Of a DNA stretch of 64,000 nt, positions 45,737 through 63,300 are shown piece by piece. Each line of letters starts with the position of its first letter. Position 1 is the stretch's first letter. The notes under the pieces are model-generated. The model saw only the letters and a program-made list of their open reading frames with translations, had not been told where the DNA came from and made no database searches. A program made the position numbers and the translations under genes. Origin of the DNA: the human T2T-CHM13v2.0 reference genome, Homo sapiens; assembly GCF_009914755.1 (NCBI RefSeq), contig NC_060926.1. The stretch is one strand, 5' to 3'.

Positions 45737-46933
45737 TTAGCGCTGTGCTGGGAGGGCCCCTGACTAGCTGGCATCTACACTCCAAGGTGGGGAGATGGTC
45801 TTAAGAGGCCTCGGGCCCCAGACAAGCTAGGCCCCCAAATTGGAGGGGACCTAGGACCCCACTCCCAGGCAGATGAGCTGTCTCTGCCCCCTCCTTATGG
45901 TGGACGCTGCCACCCATGGATGTCCAAGGGTACCACCATACCAGCCTGCAAGGCTCTGTGTCATTCTCCCGCCAAATGCAACTGGCTCCCCTCAAAGGCA
46001 GCCACCCGGGGAGGATCCTTCCCACCTGCAAGCTGCGGCCCCTCCATCTCTGGTGTCCACCCTGGGCTCACAGCCCCTGCCCTGCCCCGCCCCCTGCTCA
46101 GGCCTTTATGCTCCGGCTCAGCGTGCACGTGCCCGAGAAGCGCTGGAAGCCTGGGCGTCCATCACGTTTGTGTTACGCCTGTGCGGTTCTTCTAGGCTTG
46201 CTACTCCAGACAGAGCTCTATGGGACTGTCTTCTGCCAGAGTCCCTCCTCCCCCTCCCTCCTCCACCCAACTTCAAGCCCAGTCCCAGGCACCCTGGGCT
46301 GGCTTCAGGCAGTGCTCACAGAATATCTGTTCCTCAAACCCAGAACAAATCCATGAACACGTGATGATGCCCCCGCCCACAGCCGGTGCCTGGGGGGGTT
46401 TCCCAGGAGCTGTCCCAGTATGAGTGTCCCAGGAGCTCCTCCCACCCACACAGCCTGCAAGTATCTCAGGGACCCAGCACACCCACTGCCACCTTCCATC
46501 CTTGCCCCCAGCATTTCCCAGGCCCTGGACGGGCCTGGACCCTGCAGACTGCATGTCCTCAGTGGCCGGAAGGACAGGACCCGCTGCCCCCTGGAACACT
46601 GTCTGAACCCAGAATTGGTGTTGACAGAGGCCTGGAGGCCTGAGGCAGTCCCCTCCCAGGTTCTCACACCCAGGAGGAACACTGGCCATTCCTGGTCAGG
46701 GAGCCCCCGGAGACCACCACCATCACATCAGCAAACCTGAAGAACGAAGCCCTCATGGCACCGTCCTATGCTTGGAGATGAAGGCTGGAGATGAGGCTGT
46801 GTCTGCCCCGGATTGGTTTTCCTCAGCCAGCGTGGGCTGGGGGCCAGCGGCACAGCCTCCAGGATGCCCGCACCCTCCGTGCCAGCATGCACCCTGGGGA
46901 CCTGCCACCAGGACCACGGAGAACAAAATGCCC

Positions 46934-47350
46934 CAGTTACGAGTTAAACTGTGTCCCCCTAATTTCATATTTTGAAGTCTTTACCCCCAGTATCTCAGAA
47001 TGGGACCTCATTTGGAGATAAAGTTGCTGCAGATGTAATTAGTTAAGATGAGGTCCTACTCCATGAAGACGGGCCCTAATCTAGTGCTGCCATGTCCTTA
47101 TAAAAGAGGAGATTTGGAGACAGGGAGGGTGCCATGAGAACATGAGGGCAGAGATCAGGGTGATGACAAGCTAGGAACACCAGAAGCAGCCGGCAAGCCC
47201 CAGAAGCTGGAGGGCCTGGACAGGTGCCCCTCATGGCTCAGGAGCAGCCACCTCTGCCACCACCTTGATCTCAGACTTCTGGCCTCCAGAATCACGAGAC
47301 AGCACACTTCTGTTTGCGGTGCTTCCTTATGGCAGTTCAGGGCACTGAGA
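46934..47350 (+). mobile_element. MaLR LTR (MLT1B/C-like)
   Basis: Recalled motifs: aactgtgtcccc, cccccagtatctcagaatg, gcagatgtaattagttaagatgaggtc, ttgatctcagacttctggcctccagaa. Confidence 0.75.
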
Positions 47351-47807
47351 CCCCCTCTGGCCAAGCGTCTTGCTGACAGCACAGGCATCACTGGCAGCCT
47401 TGTCGCCAGGGCAGATCCAGTTTCAGGTCCCACCTGCGCCCCCATCCCAGGCCTGAGGATTTCTGGGAAACACCCAGGCACCCCGGGCAGCCAGCAGGAG
47501 GGAGCTGGGGACTGACCATCACAGCCCTGTCCTCGGAGGTGAGAGGGGCCACGTCCGTGCTATGGCCAGGAGCAGAGGCAGAGAGAAGGCCAAGCTGTCC
47601 CGACTTCAGCGCCTGCCGGGACCCAACAGCACCCGTGGCGCCGCCTCCAGAACCCTAGCACGATCAACCAGCGCTGTGGAAACAATTGCAGCGCCTTCCC
47701 TAGCACAGCCCGGCTGGGCCTCCCAGCTCTGACACAGAGGCCTGGGGCCCCTTGCTCAAGCCAGCAACACCCACCGTGTCCACCTCATCCCCTCACTCCG
47801 CCGCACT

Positions 47808-47998
47808 CTGGCCCCATCCCCACACCCCTTCCTGCCCCATCCACCCCCTCGCCTCACCCCGCTGCACTCAGGTCGGGTTCCCCGCACAGGCCTGGCCCCA
47901 TCCCCACACCCCTTCCTGCCCCATCCACCCCCTCGCCTCACCCGGCTGCACTCAGGTCGGGCTCCCCGCACAGGCCTGGCCCCCATCCCCACACCCCC
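47808..47998. repeat. 84-bp tandem duplication (~2.3 copies)
   Basis: ctggccccatccccacacc recurs at 47808, 47892 and 47976. Confidence 0.9.
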
Positions 47999-48269
47999 AC
48001 TAGCCCTTGCTCCCTGTCCCACCCTTGCCCAGCCCTAGGTGCCAACCTTGCTCAGATGAAGCCCTGATGCCACACCCCACATGGGCCATGAGCTCCATGA
48101 GGTGGGGGCCCTCTGGGACAGGGCACAGATGGTGCCCAAGGAATGCCAGGTAGGTGGGGGACAGAGGGCAGCACAGGTGAGTGGGCGGGAGTGGGGCTCA
48201 GTTGCAGCTGTAAATGGCCCTTGGGAGAATCCCTCAGGCCTGCTTGTCCTGGGCCCCCACCCCTCCCAG

Positions 48270-48460
48270 GCCTGTGTTGTGGCTGGGACCCCCATCCCAC
48301 CCTGGCCCTGCCTACACCCCCATCCCAGGCCCTGCACTGGGGCTGGGACCCCCACCCTACCCTGCCGGCAACCCCACTCCCAGGCCATGTATTGTGTCTG
48401 GGAGCCCCACCCCACCCTGGCCCTGCCACCCCTCCCACACCCTGTGCTGTGGCTGGGAAC
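48270..48460. repeat. Degenerate C-rich tandem repeat (ggctgggacccccatcccaccctggccctgcc-like, 3-4 copies)
   Basis: Recurrent motif, diverged copies. Confidence 0.65.
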
Positions 48461-49074
48461 CATCCTCTGTCACTACAGATGGGCCCCAAGCTCCAGAGAG
48501 GGGAGGTCCTCTCCCCCGGTCACATGACGCACAGCCAGACTAGAAGCCAGGGTCCCCGCAACACCTCCCAGCCCTGAGGTCCGCCAGGCCTGTGGAGACA
48601 GGCAGCCCCTCCTTCAGCAGCCTGCTTCTCACAGAGACCTCCCCGATTCTGCTGGAGAAAGGGCTTTTTTTGCCAGGGTCTGGAATTTTTTCCTTGTGCA
48701 GGTTTGAGGAGGGAGGAGGGAGAAACAGGTCCTCCCAGGGCCTGCTGGGCTGGGCTCCTCAGCCAGCCCCTTTAGGGCCCCCATCCCCTCCCACCCCAGG
48801 CTCTGGCCAGGCCCCCAGAGCTGGGCCCCTCCAAGGCCGGCGAGGTGCCCAGTATCAGGCAGCCTTCCCAGGACTCTGCATGGGCCTGCAAAGGACTGGA
48901 CACCGAGACGACAGAGACAGCGGGGGGAGGGTTGGGGTGAGGAGTGGGGGGAGCTGGAAGAAGGGGGACGGGAAAGGAATGGAATACAGCCGTTTTCTCA
49001 GAGTCTCAGCTTTCCTGCGGCCTTGAGCACCAGGTGTGAGGGCCGAGCTGAGCTGGCTCTTCCCAACGGAGCCT

Positions 49075-49505
49075 GCTGTGGGCCGAGCGTGTCCCCAGAT
49101 TCATATGCAATGCCCTGACCCCCAACCAGCTGGCATTTGGAAATGGGGCCTTGTGAAGTGATGAGGATGAGACGAAGCCACGAAGTCAGGGACCTCATGG
49201 TGGGATGAGTGGCTTTAAAGGAGGGGAAGGGACCCGAGCTCCCTGGGCCAGGCAAGGACACAGCAGGAAGGCAGCAGCTGCAGGCTGGGAAGACAGCCCT
49301 CCCACGATCTAGACCTGTGGGCATCTTGATTGGACTTCCGCCTCCAGACTGCGGAGAAGGGAACATATGCTGTTTAAGACGCCCACTCTGCAGCGCACCT
49401 GGACCTCCGAGTCTGGCCTCCAGAACAGGGGGGGGACATTTCTGTCATTTGAAGCCATTCAGCATGTAGCCCTCTGTAACAGCAGCCCCAGGGACCACAC
49501 GGGTG
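49075..49505 (+). mobile_element. Diverged MaLR (MLT1) LTR
   Basis: gtgtccccagattcatatg, catcttgattggacttccgcctccagactg, atttctgtcatttgaagcca...aacagcagcc motifs. Confidence 0.6.
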
Positions 49506-52299
49506 CTACTGCTGCCCGTGCAGAGGGGCTTGCCCAGGTCCCCGACTGCTCGGGATTGGGGGAGCCCACAGCGGAGGCTGGGGGCCTGGGTCGCACCCAC
49601 CCTGGGTCCAGATCCCCATCTGTGGGCAAGGGCAGAGATGAGAGGCCACCCAAACCCTGGGCCTCCTCTGCATGGCCAGAAGAGTGCAGATATGATTGGG
49701 GACCTCAGGGAGTACCCAGCACCACCCCTCACTACTGCACAGGTGGGGAAACTGAGGCCCAAAGGGATGCCCTCTAGCCAGTGTCACACAGCGAGTAAGT
49801 CATGAGCACAGCCAGGCCCCTCACTCCAGGAACTCACTTCAGGGGCCGCACATGGCTGAGGGTCCGCGTCCCCAGCCAGCCTCCAGCATCTGCAGAATGG
49901 CTGGGCAGGCTCAGGGCCCTCACGTCCTCCGGTCCTCAGGGCAGAGAATGTGAGGAGAGAGGAGGAGGACGGAAGCACTCACACTCAACTTCTGCCCCCA
50001 GGCCAACCTACACTAGCTCTGCCAGGTCGGACCGAAGTGCACCTAATGGACAGCTCAGCTGGCTCACAAAACTGCTAGGTCTGGTGTGTTCAAATGAAGA
50101 GGATTATTTATGCAGGTGATGATTACGGGATAACAGTTAAATTTACTTTCAAATGCTTCCAATTTCTGCGTCACAGCGGAGCTACAAGGCACGCTTTAGA
50201 GAGTGGGGCCTCTCCTCATGTTTTGAGACTCCAGGAACAGTCAGCAGCTTCACCGGACAGGCAGGGCAGGCTGGCCAGGTCACTTCCCCACGACATCCTC
50301 TGAGGGGCCCCGCACAGTCCCCGCCATCTTCCGAGGGGCCTGGCACACCAGCCAGGGCAGCCACTCCCAATTCTATTGATCTGAGCTGCAGCTGAGAAGT
50401 CACCAGGGACGGTGGCTCCTGTGAGTGCTCCTGGCAGGTGGACATCCACCCGCACCCTCTCATGCCCTGTCTGCAGTGTCCTCCTGGGGCTTGTCTGGGG
50501 GCAGGTCAGCCCTCTGGAACACCCTGGCCCCTCAACCTCCAGGAGAAAAGCCCATGACCCCCTTCCTCCGTCAGGCTTCCCTGCGCCAGGCCTAGGGGAC
50601 ATCCTTCTCTCCTGAGCTCCCTCAGCCCTTCACTCAGATTTCTGACGTAGCTTCCAGCACTTTCTTCCAAAACCACCACTGGTTTGCTTTCTCCAAAATG
50701 AAAACAGCTTTCCTAGAGATTTTTCCTGATTATTCATTCTTCGGCCACTCTTTTCCCTCCCCCGCACCCTGCTGTCTCCCATGCACGTGCACATCCAGTG
50801 CACACAGGACCTGCAGTGAGTGCCCATCTGCCCTTTACCCACACACGGCCTCACTCTTGGGCTCTGTGCTGACCTTTGCCCCCTTCCCCACAACATCGTG
50901 TGGCACTTTCTCACAGCTGTAAACACAAACTTTCAGGAGCACTCAGGTCCGCTGCCGGGATAGACTTAACATCCCTTCAGCAGCTCCCAGCTGGCGGGCA
51001 TTTGGGCGGTTGCCCCGGGCTTGGTAAAACAGCACCAAGGTGAACGTTTCAAACGCACACCTTTGACCACTTGCTGGATAACCTTCGTTGCATTTCACGC
51101 AAGCAGCCTGGTGAGGTCGGCCTCACACGTCTCATATCCATCACCAGGCCGTCCCCAGCAAGCGGCCTGGGTGCCTGTCCCTGCCACCCTCACAACCTGC
51201 CTTTTGCTTGCCGGCAACCTGGGGCCCTGGCTTTCTTGGTGCGTCTTCGGCTACAGTGGGCAGGACACTGATCTCATGTGTTGTTTGGGCTCTGTGGCTC
51301 TTCAGTTTCCCGAGGATGAAAGTGACAATGTCTGAAACATTCCAGGTGTCCTGGAGGAAATGCCCTGGCAGGCTCTCCACCCCTACCCTGAGTCCACGGC
51401 CCTTTCCTCCTCCTTGGTTTCAGAACTTTGCTGTAACCCCACAGACATTTAATTTAGTTTGGTGATCCCCGGAAGATCGGCATCTCAGAAGAGGTTGGTG
51501 TCTTGCATATGTTCATCTTTGAGAAGGGGAGGTTCCTTCAGGACCTACCAGTTGCCCAAAAAAAGTGTAGGGGCTCCTGCATTTCCCTCCTGACCTCCTG
51601 GGCTTGCCTAGACTTCTGCTCAGAGCTTACTGGGGAGCAGAGGCTGCTGGCACATAGGCGAAATCCCAGAACTCCAATGTCTTCAGGGCCAGACGGGATC
51701 CAGGCATTTGAAGCAGGGTGTCTCGCTTCAGGTTTCAACCCCACTGGCTAAAGGAAACGTGGCTGCCCACAGATATGGCTCCGGCCTCTGGCTCCTAAGC
51801 CGTGGGGTAAAGCTTTGGTTCAGCTTTTGTTCTCCAGGCCAGAGGAGAGGGTAGAGTGAAGCAGGCAAAAACCACTGGGGCATGAGGTCTCGGGTCCAGG
51901 CCTGCACTGCTGTCTCTGAACTGGCAGCTCTCTGGGTCTGGGCCGGCGCAGCCTCAGCCAGACCACCTTTCACCAGCTGGGCAGTGCTGCCAGTGTCGAG
52001 GTCTTGGCAACGCTGGCTCACCTCCAGGCTGTACCCTCCCGTTTCTGGATCCTATGAGGGGAAATGCATAATGGGGAGGCCGCCTACCCAGTGCCCCTGG
52101 AGGCTGAGCCAGGGGGCAGGTCGGAGGCTGCAAGGGTGCCACTCGCCCACCCTGGCCGTCACTTCTGGGACACACATTCCAACCCGCCCACCTGCCTAAC
52201 CCTGTCATTTAGGGTCTGGCCTGAGGCTGGGCCATTCTCAAGGTTCAGGGGCAGGAGGGTCCCATCTCTGAGGCTTTGTTCTTCCATCCACTCTGCTTC

Positions 52300-52980
52300 T
52301 GGTGGTCTTTAGCTGCTCGACGGGTCTGGTTCTTGTCACTGTGCCAACCATGGAGTTCCCCATGACCCCACATGCAAGACTGAGGTGGCAATTGTGCTGC
52401 CGGCACCCAGTGGGGGATGGAAGGGGATTCACAGGGCCCTCCCTGATGTCCTGGGTCACCTTACAATGACACAGCAAAGCCTGTTGGAGCGTGGAACAGG
52501 CGTCCTCTGCCCACCCCGGGCCACAGTGCTCACCAGAGGTCACGGTTCCCACCCGGAGTCGAAGGTCACACCCAGAGCCATGGTTCGCACCTGAGGTCAC
52601 ATTTCCCACCTGAGGTCACATTTCCAGACTCACAGCTCTGCGCATCCTGAGGCTTCCCTCTTAAAGGCAAGGGTCCTGCCACCTGAGCACTTTCTCCGAC
52701 CACAAAAGGCCAGGGCTGCAGTCAGCTAATGCAGCGAGCGTTGTTGGAAAAGCACTGGCCTTCCTGGGCAGGACAACCGGTAGGTGCATTGTGTTCATCC
52801 ACGGGCCCCGGCAAGGCCAGGGCCCCGGCCACGGAGGTCACCCACTTACGAACGCACCTTTGTCAGCTTCCCCTCAAACTTCCCCAATCTCCCACAGTGC
52901 ATCCTGGGACCACCTCCCAAATAAACTCTTGGTGCTCAAATCCTCATCTCTGGGTCTGCTTCCAGGAACCAAACAGACAA
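52300..52980 (+). mobile_element. Possible old ERVL LTR (LTR16-like)
   Basis: 3' motif cccaaataaact...aaatcctcatctctgggtctgcttccaggaacc; 5' boundary uncertain. Confidence 0.4.
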
Positions 52981-53399
52981 AACAATTCACCATGAAGAAC
53001 AGTCAGGATGCAACCCTGAAGTACACTGGGGCCCCACAGCCGCAGCAGCCTCCATACCCTGGAGTTTAGCAGGGTCTCCCCAGCCTGTCCACTGCACCAT
53101 GATTAGCCACAGAGCTCCACGGGCTTCTGGAAGGATCATCCCTGGGCCAGACAGAGGGCCCGAGCAGAGCCCTCACTTCCATAGGACGTGACAGAGCCCA
53201 GAACACCCCCAGTGACACCTGAATCTCCAGCCCCTGAGCAGGCCTCGGAGACTAAACCTAGGGAGGAAGCTTCCATGGGACCTGAGTGCCCTCCCCTCGG
53301 GACGCCCCCCTCCCCACCTGGTAGATAATAGATGAGGGCATGTCGGATGGGTGCACGGCACCTGTGAATGGGAAGGCTGTCATTGTCCACATCCTGAAG

Positions 53400-53920
53400 A
53401 CCAGGTGGCTGTTCATGTCACCACTCAGTGCAGCTGACACCACTTGATCCTGTGACGGCAGCAGCAGTTGCAGCTGCACCAGAGGCCCCAGCACAAACTG
53501 CCCCGCTGAGCCCAGCCAGCCACAGAACTGAGAGATGACAATTGGTTCTTGCTCCAAGATACTGATACGGTTTGGATATGTGGGGAAACATATGGGTGTC
53601 CTTATAAGAAAGCCAAACCCAGTGGTGGGTGTCCTTATAAAAAAGCCACATGAAAGCAGAGACACAGACACACAGAGGAGAAGGCCACGTGACGACGGAG
53701 GCAGAGACTAGAGCAACGCTGCTGCAAGCCAAGGTGGCTGGCAACCACCAGACCCCGGAGAAGGCAGGAAAGGTCCTCCCTAGGAGCTCAGAGAGAGTGA
53801 GGCCCTGCTGGCACCTTGACTTTGGACTTCTGGCCTCCACAGCTGTAAGCGTAAATCTCTATTCTTATAAGCCCACCACCGTTGGTGGCAGTTTGTTACA
53901 GCAGCCCCAGGACACCCACA
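53400..53920 (+). mobile_element. Adjacent MaLR (MLT1) LTR fragments
   Basis: gtccttataagaa, gacacacagaggagaaggccacgtga, accttgactttggacttctggcctcca, tttgttacagcagcc motifs. Confidence 0.7.
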
Positions 53921-54048
53921 CGCCACATAGACAAGGAGGTGCTCTTGCGGCCAGGGCCAGGTTGACTGCTGAGCCTGGCCCATAGGCACAGGACCATGGC
54001 CACCAGCAACCCATGGCCGACCCCGATGCTGTGCAGGCTGATACTCAC

Positions 54049-54154
54049 TGGTGGTGCTTCCAGACATCTGAATGATGCACTTGGAGTCACGGCTCATTTC
54101 CCGGGAATTGAAGGGGCGGACCCGCACCGCCACCTTCACCGAAGCCCCGGCCAT
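54049..54154 (-). CDS. KIF1A: KIF1A exon 2 coding part (start codon; [35 protein letters not shown])
   Basis: gagATGG Kozak context, CCA|gtgagt donor, 106 nt. Confidence 0.98.
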
Positions 54155-54214
54155 CTCTGTGGCCTTCGTGGGTCACTCCTCGCAGTAGTGGGAGCCCCAG
54201 TGTGGGGGGAACAC
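54155..54214 (-). other. KIF1A: KIF1A exon 2 5'UTR portion
   Basis: ttcccttttttccaag|GTG acceptor 60 nt upstream of ATG. Confidence 0.9.
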
Positions 54215-55528
54215 CTTGGAAAAAAGGGAAACATGAATTAGAAACAATATCTGAGGAGGCAGGACAGGCACTCCGGCTGCAGCTGAAGCCACAGGTCTTT
54301 TCCACTCCCCTCCAAAGCTCCCAGTGTGATACATGCATGGGGTGGAATCCACAAGGAGAGGAGGCAGCGCAGATAATTCTAGAAAGCAGGAGCCCAGCGG
54401 GACCAGTGGAACCCAGCTTCGCAAGCCTGAGGAAGCTGAAACCCAACAAAAGAAACAGAAACACAGCGACCTGGGTGTGAACGTGAAGGTGGCCTTCACA
54501 CCCACGGCAAACCCCCCAGGAAGGGTCTTCCCCTGTGGATGCAGGCGCTGGTGGGCTCCATGCCAGGTCCGCGCAGGCCCCAAGAGCAAGTGCTGGCTCC
54601 AGATCGACATGTCAAGGACGCTTTAAAACAGAACAGTGTTCTAGAATGCCCCATCACACCCTTCACACCAAGCGCCAGCTGGTAGCCACATCAGCAGTAG
54701 TGTGGTCTCTGAATTAGCAAGAAAGAACTTTACTCAGAAATGAAAAGAACAGCACAGACAGCCCTAAGCAATGGGACAAAAGTCAACGTTTTCGGCCCAA
54801 TGTCCTGCTGGTAATTCACGCAGAAGGTGGAGAGGAACATTCCTGAGCCCCACTGAGGAGAAGCAGGAGACAAGTCATGGGGAATTCGGTACAAGCCAGG
54901 GCTGGGGGACCAGCTTCGGCCTGGCCTTTACCCCAGCTGTGTGACAGCTTCCTGTGCCCCAGTTTACCATCTGTGAAATGACGGGGTGGTGGTCAGGAAC
55001 CCCAAAATGATTTGGCCTCTCGGGTACTGGGACTCTGAGGAAGGCTGATGAAAACTCCCCGCAAAACAGTGACGAAGCAGCCACTGTGAAAGGTCTTTCC
55101 GGGCTGACCAGCCAGATGCTGCTGCTTCCCCGTGGGACTTGCGGCCTGAACGATGGGGCTCCTGGGCACAGGGACAGGGACAGCCTCGGGACAGAGCTGT
55201 TGGTTACAGGAATGGCCAGAACTCCATGAAACAGAATTCATGCAGCCTGACACGAGAGGTTTTCGCCAATTGCTGTCTAAATGCTCTAGGGTGCCCACTC
55301 AGTGGTGAGTCCCACATCACCAGAGGCATCCAAGTAGAGCAAAGGCTGGGAGGCCTCCTTGAAACCCTTCCACACTGACATTCCATGAAGAGGCAACCTT
55401 CTGCCTGGTCGTCCCCATCTGTAAGTGCCACCCTTGGGGGAATCTGGCAAAAAGCCCCCATCCTACAGTGCCCCAGCCTCATAGCTGTGAAGAAGGGACA
55501 AGCCCCTCTGGGCTGCCCCTGGAAGCTC

Positions 55529-55687
55529 CAGGATCAAGAGCAGGAAGGGTCTGTCTGCAGAAGGAAAGGGGGCACAGCAAGCCTGGGTCTGTCTGCAGAA
55601 GGAAAGGGGGCACAGCGAGCCTGGGACAGGATCAAGAGCAGGAAGGGTCTGTCTGCAGAAGGAAAGGGGGCACAGTGAGCCTGGGAC
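55529..55687. repeat. Local duplication (gggtctgtctgcagaaggaaaggggcacag x3, caggatcaagagcagga x2)
   Basis: Directly visible. Confidence 0.85.
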
Positions 55688-56199
55688 CAGGGCAGACGCT
55701 GAACTCCTGGACCTTGCCCAGGCCACTCCCAGGCTCCCCAGAACTCCTCCGCAGAACAGGCTGGATGTGGGGCAGGGCTGTCCCTCAGGCAAACAGCTCT
55801 TCCAGAGGCTACAGGGGAGGGGGATGTGCCAGGCCACCCTATGGCTAAGTGGGGACAAGTTCCTGATGTGGCTGGACTCGTGCCGCCTACACCACAGCCC
55901 CTTAGAGCCACCAGGTGCAGCCGCGTCTACACTCCAGAGTGCTTCCGCCACTATCTCTTCTCACAGCCAGGAGTGGCTGCCAGCGTGGACGGGGGGATGA
56001 CCTCTGAGAATCTGTGTTTCCTTGTGTTGAAAATCCCTGCACTTTTAAAACTGGAAAAAGTCTTAGGACGTTCCAGCCGGGATGGAGAGAGGAACAGGCA
56101 AGTTCACCAGTCCCTGGCTAGAGCACAAATCCCGCAAGGTTTCTAGGGAGCAATTCTGCAGCACGCCCTGGGCCTTTAAGAAGGTCTGTATCCCTTGAC

Positions 56200-56512
56200 T
56201 CAGTAATCCCAAGTACTAAAATCGGAAATACTTAGAAATTAAGAAAATATTGATGAAAGCAGATATTCCATTCAACAGTGCAAAATTTCCAGTTCTCCCC
56301 AAATTTAGCTATATAAATTCAGTGCAATTCCGATAAGCAAAATATTCCAACAGGATGTTCAATGGAATTTGGCAGGATAAGAGAATTTTGAAAAATGAGA
56401 ACAAAGAGAGGAAACATCCCCTACCAGCTATCATATATCCTACAGAGCTACAATGATTTCCAAAGTCTAGAAATGACACGTGAACAGACTAAGCATGTCC
56501 AAAGCAGACACA

Positions 56513-56553
<41 letters not shown>

Positions 56554-56660
56554 GAAAAAGGCAGCAATTTAGGGAATGAGGTAAGATCAGTATGGGACAA
56601 CTGGCTCTCCCGTATTGAAAAAATAAAGCTATTCTAGAACTTGATCTTTAAAATGTAAAA
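56200..56660 (+). mobile_element. Old L1 fragment with (CA)n at ~56508-56549
   Basis: A-rich; cagttctccccaaattt...ataaattcagtgcaattcc and atgggacaactggct resemble L1 ORF2 3' part. Confidence 0.5.
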
Positions 56661-57951
56661 GTGGTACAAGGACACAGAGAAGCCTCTGTTCTTGGCTCTG
56701 GGGTATGGAATATGCACACCACGAAGCATGGAAGGCGAAGGCGGCTTGGTGGGTGCAGTGGCCAGCAGCCGACCAATGCATTACTCAAGAGGCCCGATAC
56801 CACGCCGCACTGTGTGTGAAGGAATCAGTGTGCAGCCACAAGCCAACATTCCAGAGGAGGGGCTGCCAAGACGGGAGCTGGCCTCCGCAGCACAGCCTCC
56901 GGGGTGTATTTGCATTCTGCGCACGGGGCAAGAGACTGGGAATCTGGAGTCTTCCCAGACAGAGAGCCGTTGCTGAGGGACGGAGGAAGCTGCAGAGCTT
57001 TTGGGCAAAAAGAAACTTGAGAGGCCAAGATTCCAGAAGACAGAGGTGAACAACTAAGATGAACAAATGCCCAGTCCTTCCCTTAAGACATTTGCCAAAT
57101 TCTGAGGATATGAGAGGTGAGATTTTAAAAACCCAAGCTGAAAACCAAAGAGGAGTCTTGCACAGTCTCAGGTGGGAAGGAACAAAGATTTGAGTTCAGG
57201 GTCCTCCGGGAGGAGAATACCCAGTGATCACACCAGGCTCTGGCTGAAAGCCCAGCAAGGTACGAAACCTAAGAGCAGGGCAGAGCCATAGCTCGGACGA
57301 ACCTTATGAAAACTACAACCTGCCCTCGCTTGGTTTAATTCGGACTTCAGTCTGGCTGCCTGGGAGAGAAAATGGAAGCCATCTGGAACCTCTACACTCT
57401 TTTATTTTTATTTTTTCAAACCCAGGATAATCTCTGTACTCTACATTCTTTTAATAGGCAATGTGTGACATCCAATCAAAACTTAGAAGGTATAAAATAA
57501 GAAAGGACTCTGATTAAAAACAAAGAGGAAAAATAAAATATAAACACATGAGAAAAAAAAAGACACATATCTAAACATGATCCAGATCTAGGAGTTATTA
57601 AACAAGGACTTTAGAACAACCCTGACAAATATATTCAAAATAAGAGCAAAAAGGACAGAGAATATAAATGGAAAATGGAGAATTTTTCCAGAGGACTGGA
57701 AACTATAAAAAAAAAATCAAATGGAAATGCTAGATCTGGAAAACAAAATACCTAAAATTAGGAACTCAAGAGATAGACACAGTTGAAGACAGTGTTAGTA
57801 AACTGGAGGACAGGTAATAGAAATATAGAAAATTTAAAACAGATAAAAAGAATAGGAAATATAGACATGACAGCCAGAAAAGTACAGGACACAGTGAAAT
57901 GGTCAAACATACCTGTAAGTGGAATCTAGAAGGAGAAGAAATGGAATGGGG

Positions 57952-58310
57952 GTGCCATGGTCTGAATGTTTGTGTCCCCTGTTCCCATCCAAATTCTTAT
58001 GTTGAAATCCTAACCCCCCAAGTGATGACTTTAGTAAGTGGGGCCTTTATAAGGTGATTAGGTCATGAGGGTGGGGCCTCACAAATGGGATCATGCCCTT
58101 ATGAAAGAAATGCCAGAGACACCCCTCAGCCCCTCCACCACGTGAGAGCAGGGCAAGAAGGCGTCTAGGAGCCAGAAAGCAGATCCTCAGCCAATGTGCC
58201 TTACTCTTGAGCTTCCCAGCCTCCAGAACTGTGAAAAATAAATTCTCTTATTCACAAGCCACCCTGTTTGTGATATTTTTGTTGTATCAGCTGGAATGGA
58301 CCAAAACAGG
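57952..58310 (+). mobile_element. MaLR LTR (MLT1A-like)
   Basis: tgccatggtctgaatgtttgtgtcccc...atgttgaaatcctaaccccc...cagcctccagaactgtgaaaaataaatt. Confidence 0.8.
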
Positions 58311-59029
58311 GGAGAAGCAGTATTTACAAAACTAATGACCATGCATTGTCCAAAGCTGCTGAAGCACATTGATCCACAGGTTCAAGAAGCTCTACAAACA
58401 CAAAGCAAGACAAACAAGAAAGCCACACAAGGCACAGCACTGCAACACTGCTAGGACCAAGGATGAAGAGAAAAAGCTTAAAGTCAGCCAGAAAAAAAAA
58501 AAAAAAAGCATGTAACCTTTAAAGGAGCAAAAATAAGATTGACAACTGACTCCTCAACAGAAATGATAGAAACCAAAAGACAAGACTGCAAGATTTCAAC
58601 ATGATCATGAAAGAGGTAACAGTAATCATTTATATTCGATTGTCAAGGATACATGTTGTCATTGCTAGGGTAATCATTTAGAAAGTAGAAAACTAATGTA
58701 TAACTAACAAGTTAATAGAAAAATATCCAAAAAATTAAAATTTATTGTATGAATCCAATAGAAGGCAGTGAAGGAGAAAAACAGAATATGAAAACATAAT
58801 TGTCAAGTGGAAAAGAAAGAGTTAAGATTGCAGATAAAAGGTCAACTCAGTATGAATTAAATACACCAAGTAAAACATTAAAAATTGTCAGACCAGATTT
58901 TTATAAATTATATTCTGTTCATAAGAGACTCTACATACAAAGACACAGAGAGGTTGAAAACAAAAGGATGAAAATTTGTGCTTGTTCTATCAGCCACTGA
59001 GGAGGAGAAAATATATATCGTACACATTA

Positions 59030-59384
<355 letters not shown>

Positions 59385-60379
59385 TAAAGCAAACTTCCAC
59401 AAATATCCATCTTAAATTCAAGTTATAAGGCAGATGTTCTCTGACCACAATAGAATTATGCTATACATCAATACCCTCAAAAAAAATCACCTACAAAACA
59501 ACCCAATTGCTTGGACACTAAGCAATACAATTTTTAAAAACCCATGGGTCAAAGAAGTCATCACACTGGATATTAGAAAACATTTTGAATGAGTGATAAT
59601 GAAGATACATTTCAAAGCTGTGGCAAAGGTCCTGCGGAAGGTAGCTAAAGCCGGACTGACGAGGAAACACATAGCCTTAAAGGCACAGGGATGGGGAGGG
59701 CAGCCCCACATCATCCCCAGGTTGGTTCAGACCCCAGTGTCCCCGAGGGAGCTGTGGTTGGCTTGGGAAGACTTTCAGGAGGTCACCAAGGCTTGCCTTG
59801 GGAGGGACCCAGGCTTCCACTCTTGTGAATCTTCTAGATCAGTCTCCACGCAGGTCTGCTTTTCAGCATCCAGAACGTGGCTGCTGAGCGTTCTCTCCTG
59901 TTTCATTCTTATGGGAGCGTTTAGGTCTTTTTTTGGTTTACCTTTACCTTTATTTTAGTGGCATTTCAGGAGGGAGAGATGATAAATGGATGAATACCAC
60001 AAATAGGACATGGAAAAAAATAAACCAAATGCAAAAGGGTAAACAGTTTATAATTCTATCTACATAACCGCTAAAACAGGCACGAATTAGCAGAACAAGC
60101 ACATTAATTAGTAATATACAGCTAAATTTTAAAAACAGCTAAGAGAGTTGAAAAAAATTGGGTATGAGGAACAAAGGCTGCTGATTTTCTAAACAAATTT
60201 TATAAAATGTTTGATTGTTCTACACTGTGCTCATACTTAACCTAAAAAGAATCATTTTAAAAAATCATTACCAAACAGTTGAGGTAAAATAAATAGAAAT
60301 TCCTCATTTTGGTTGACAAATACTGATATATGTGAAATCAAAAATCAGTTTGCTCATTAAAATTAATATTTCCTGCCCG

Positions 60380-63300
<2,921 letters not shown>

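Noticed and set aside
46903-46925. REST/RE1-like CAGGACCACGGAGAAC
   Set aside because: Several mismatches at core RE1 positions; not supportable without ChIP data.
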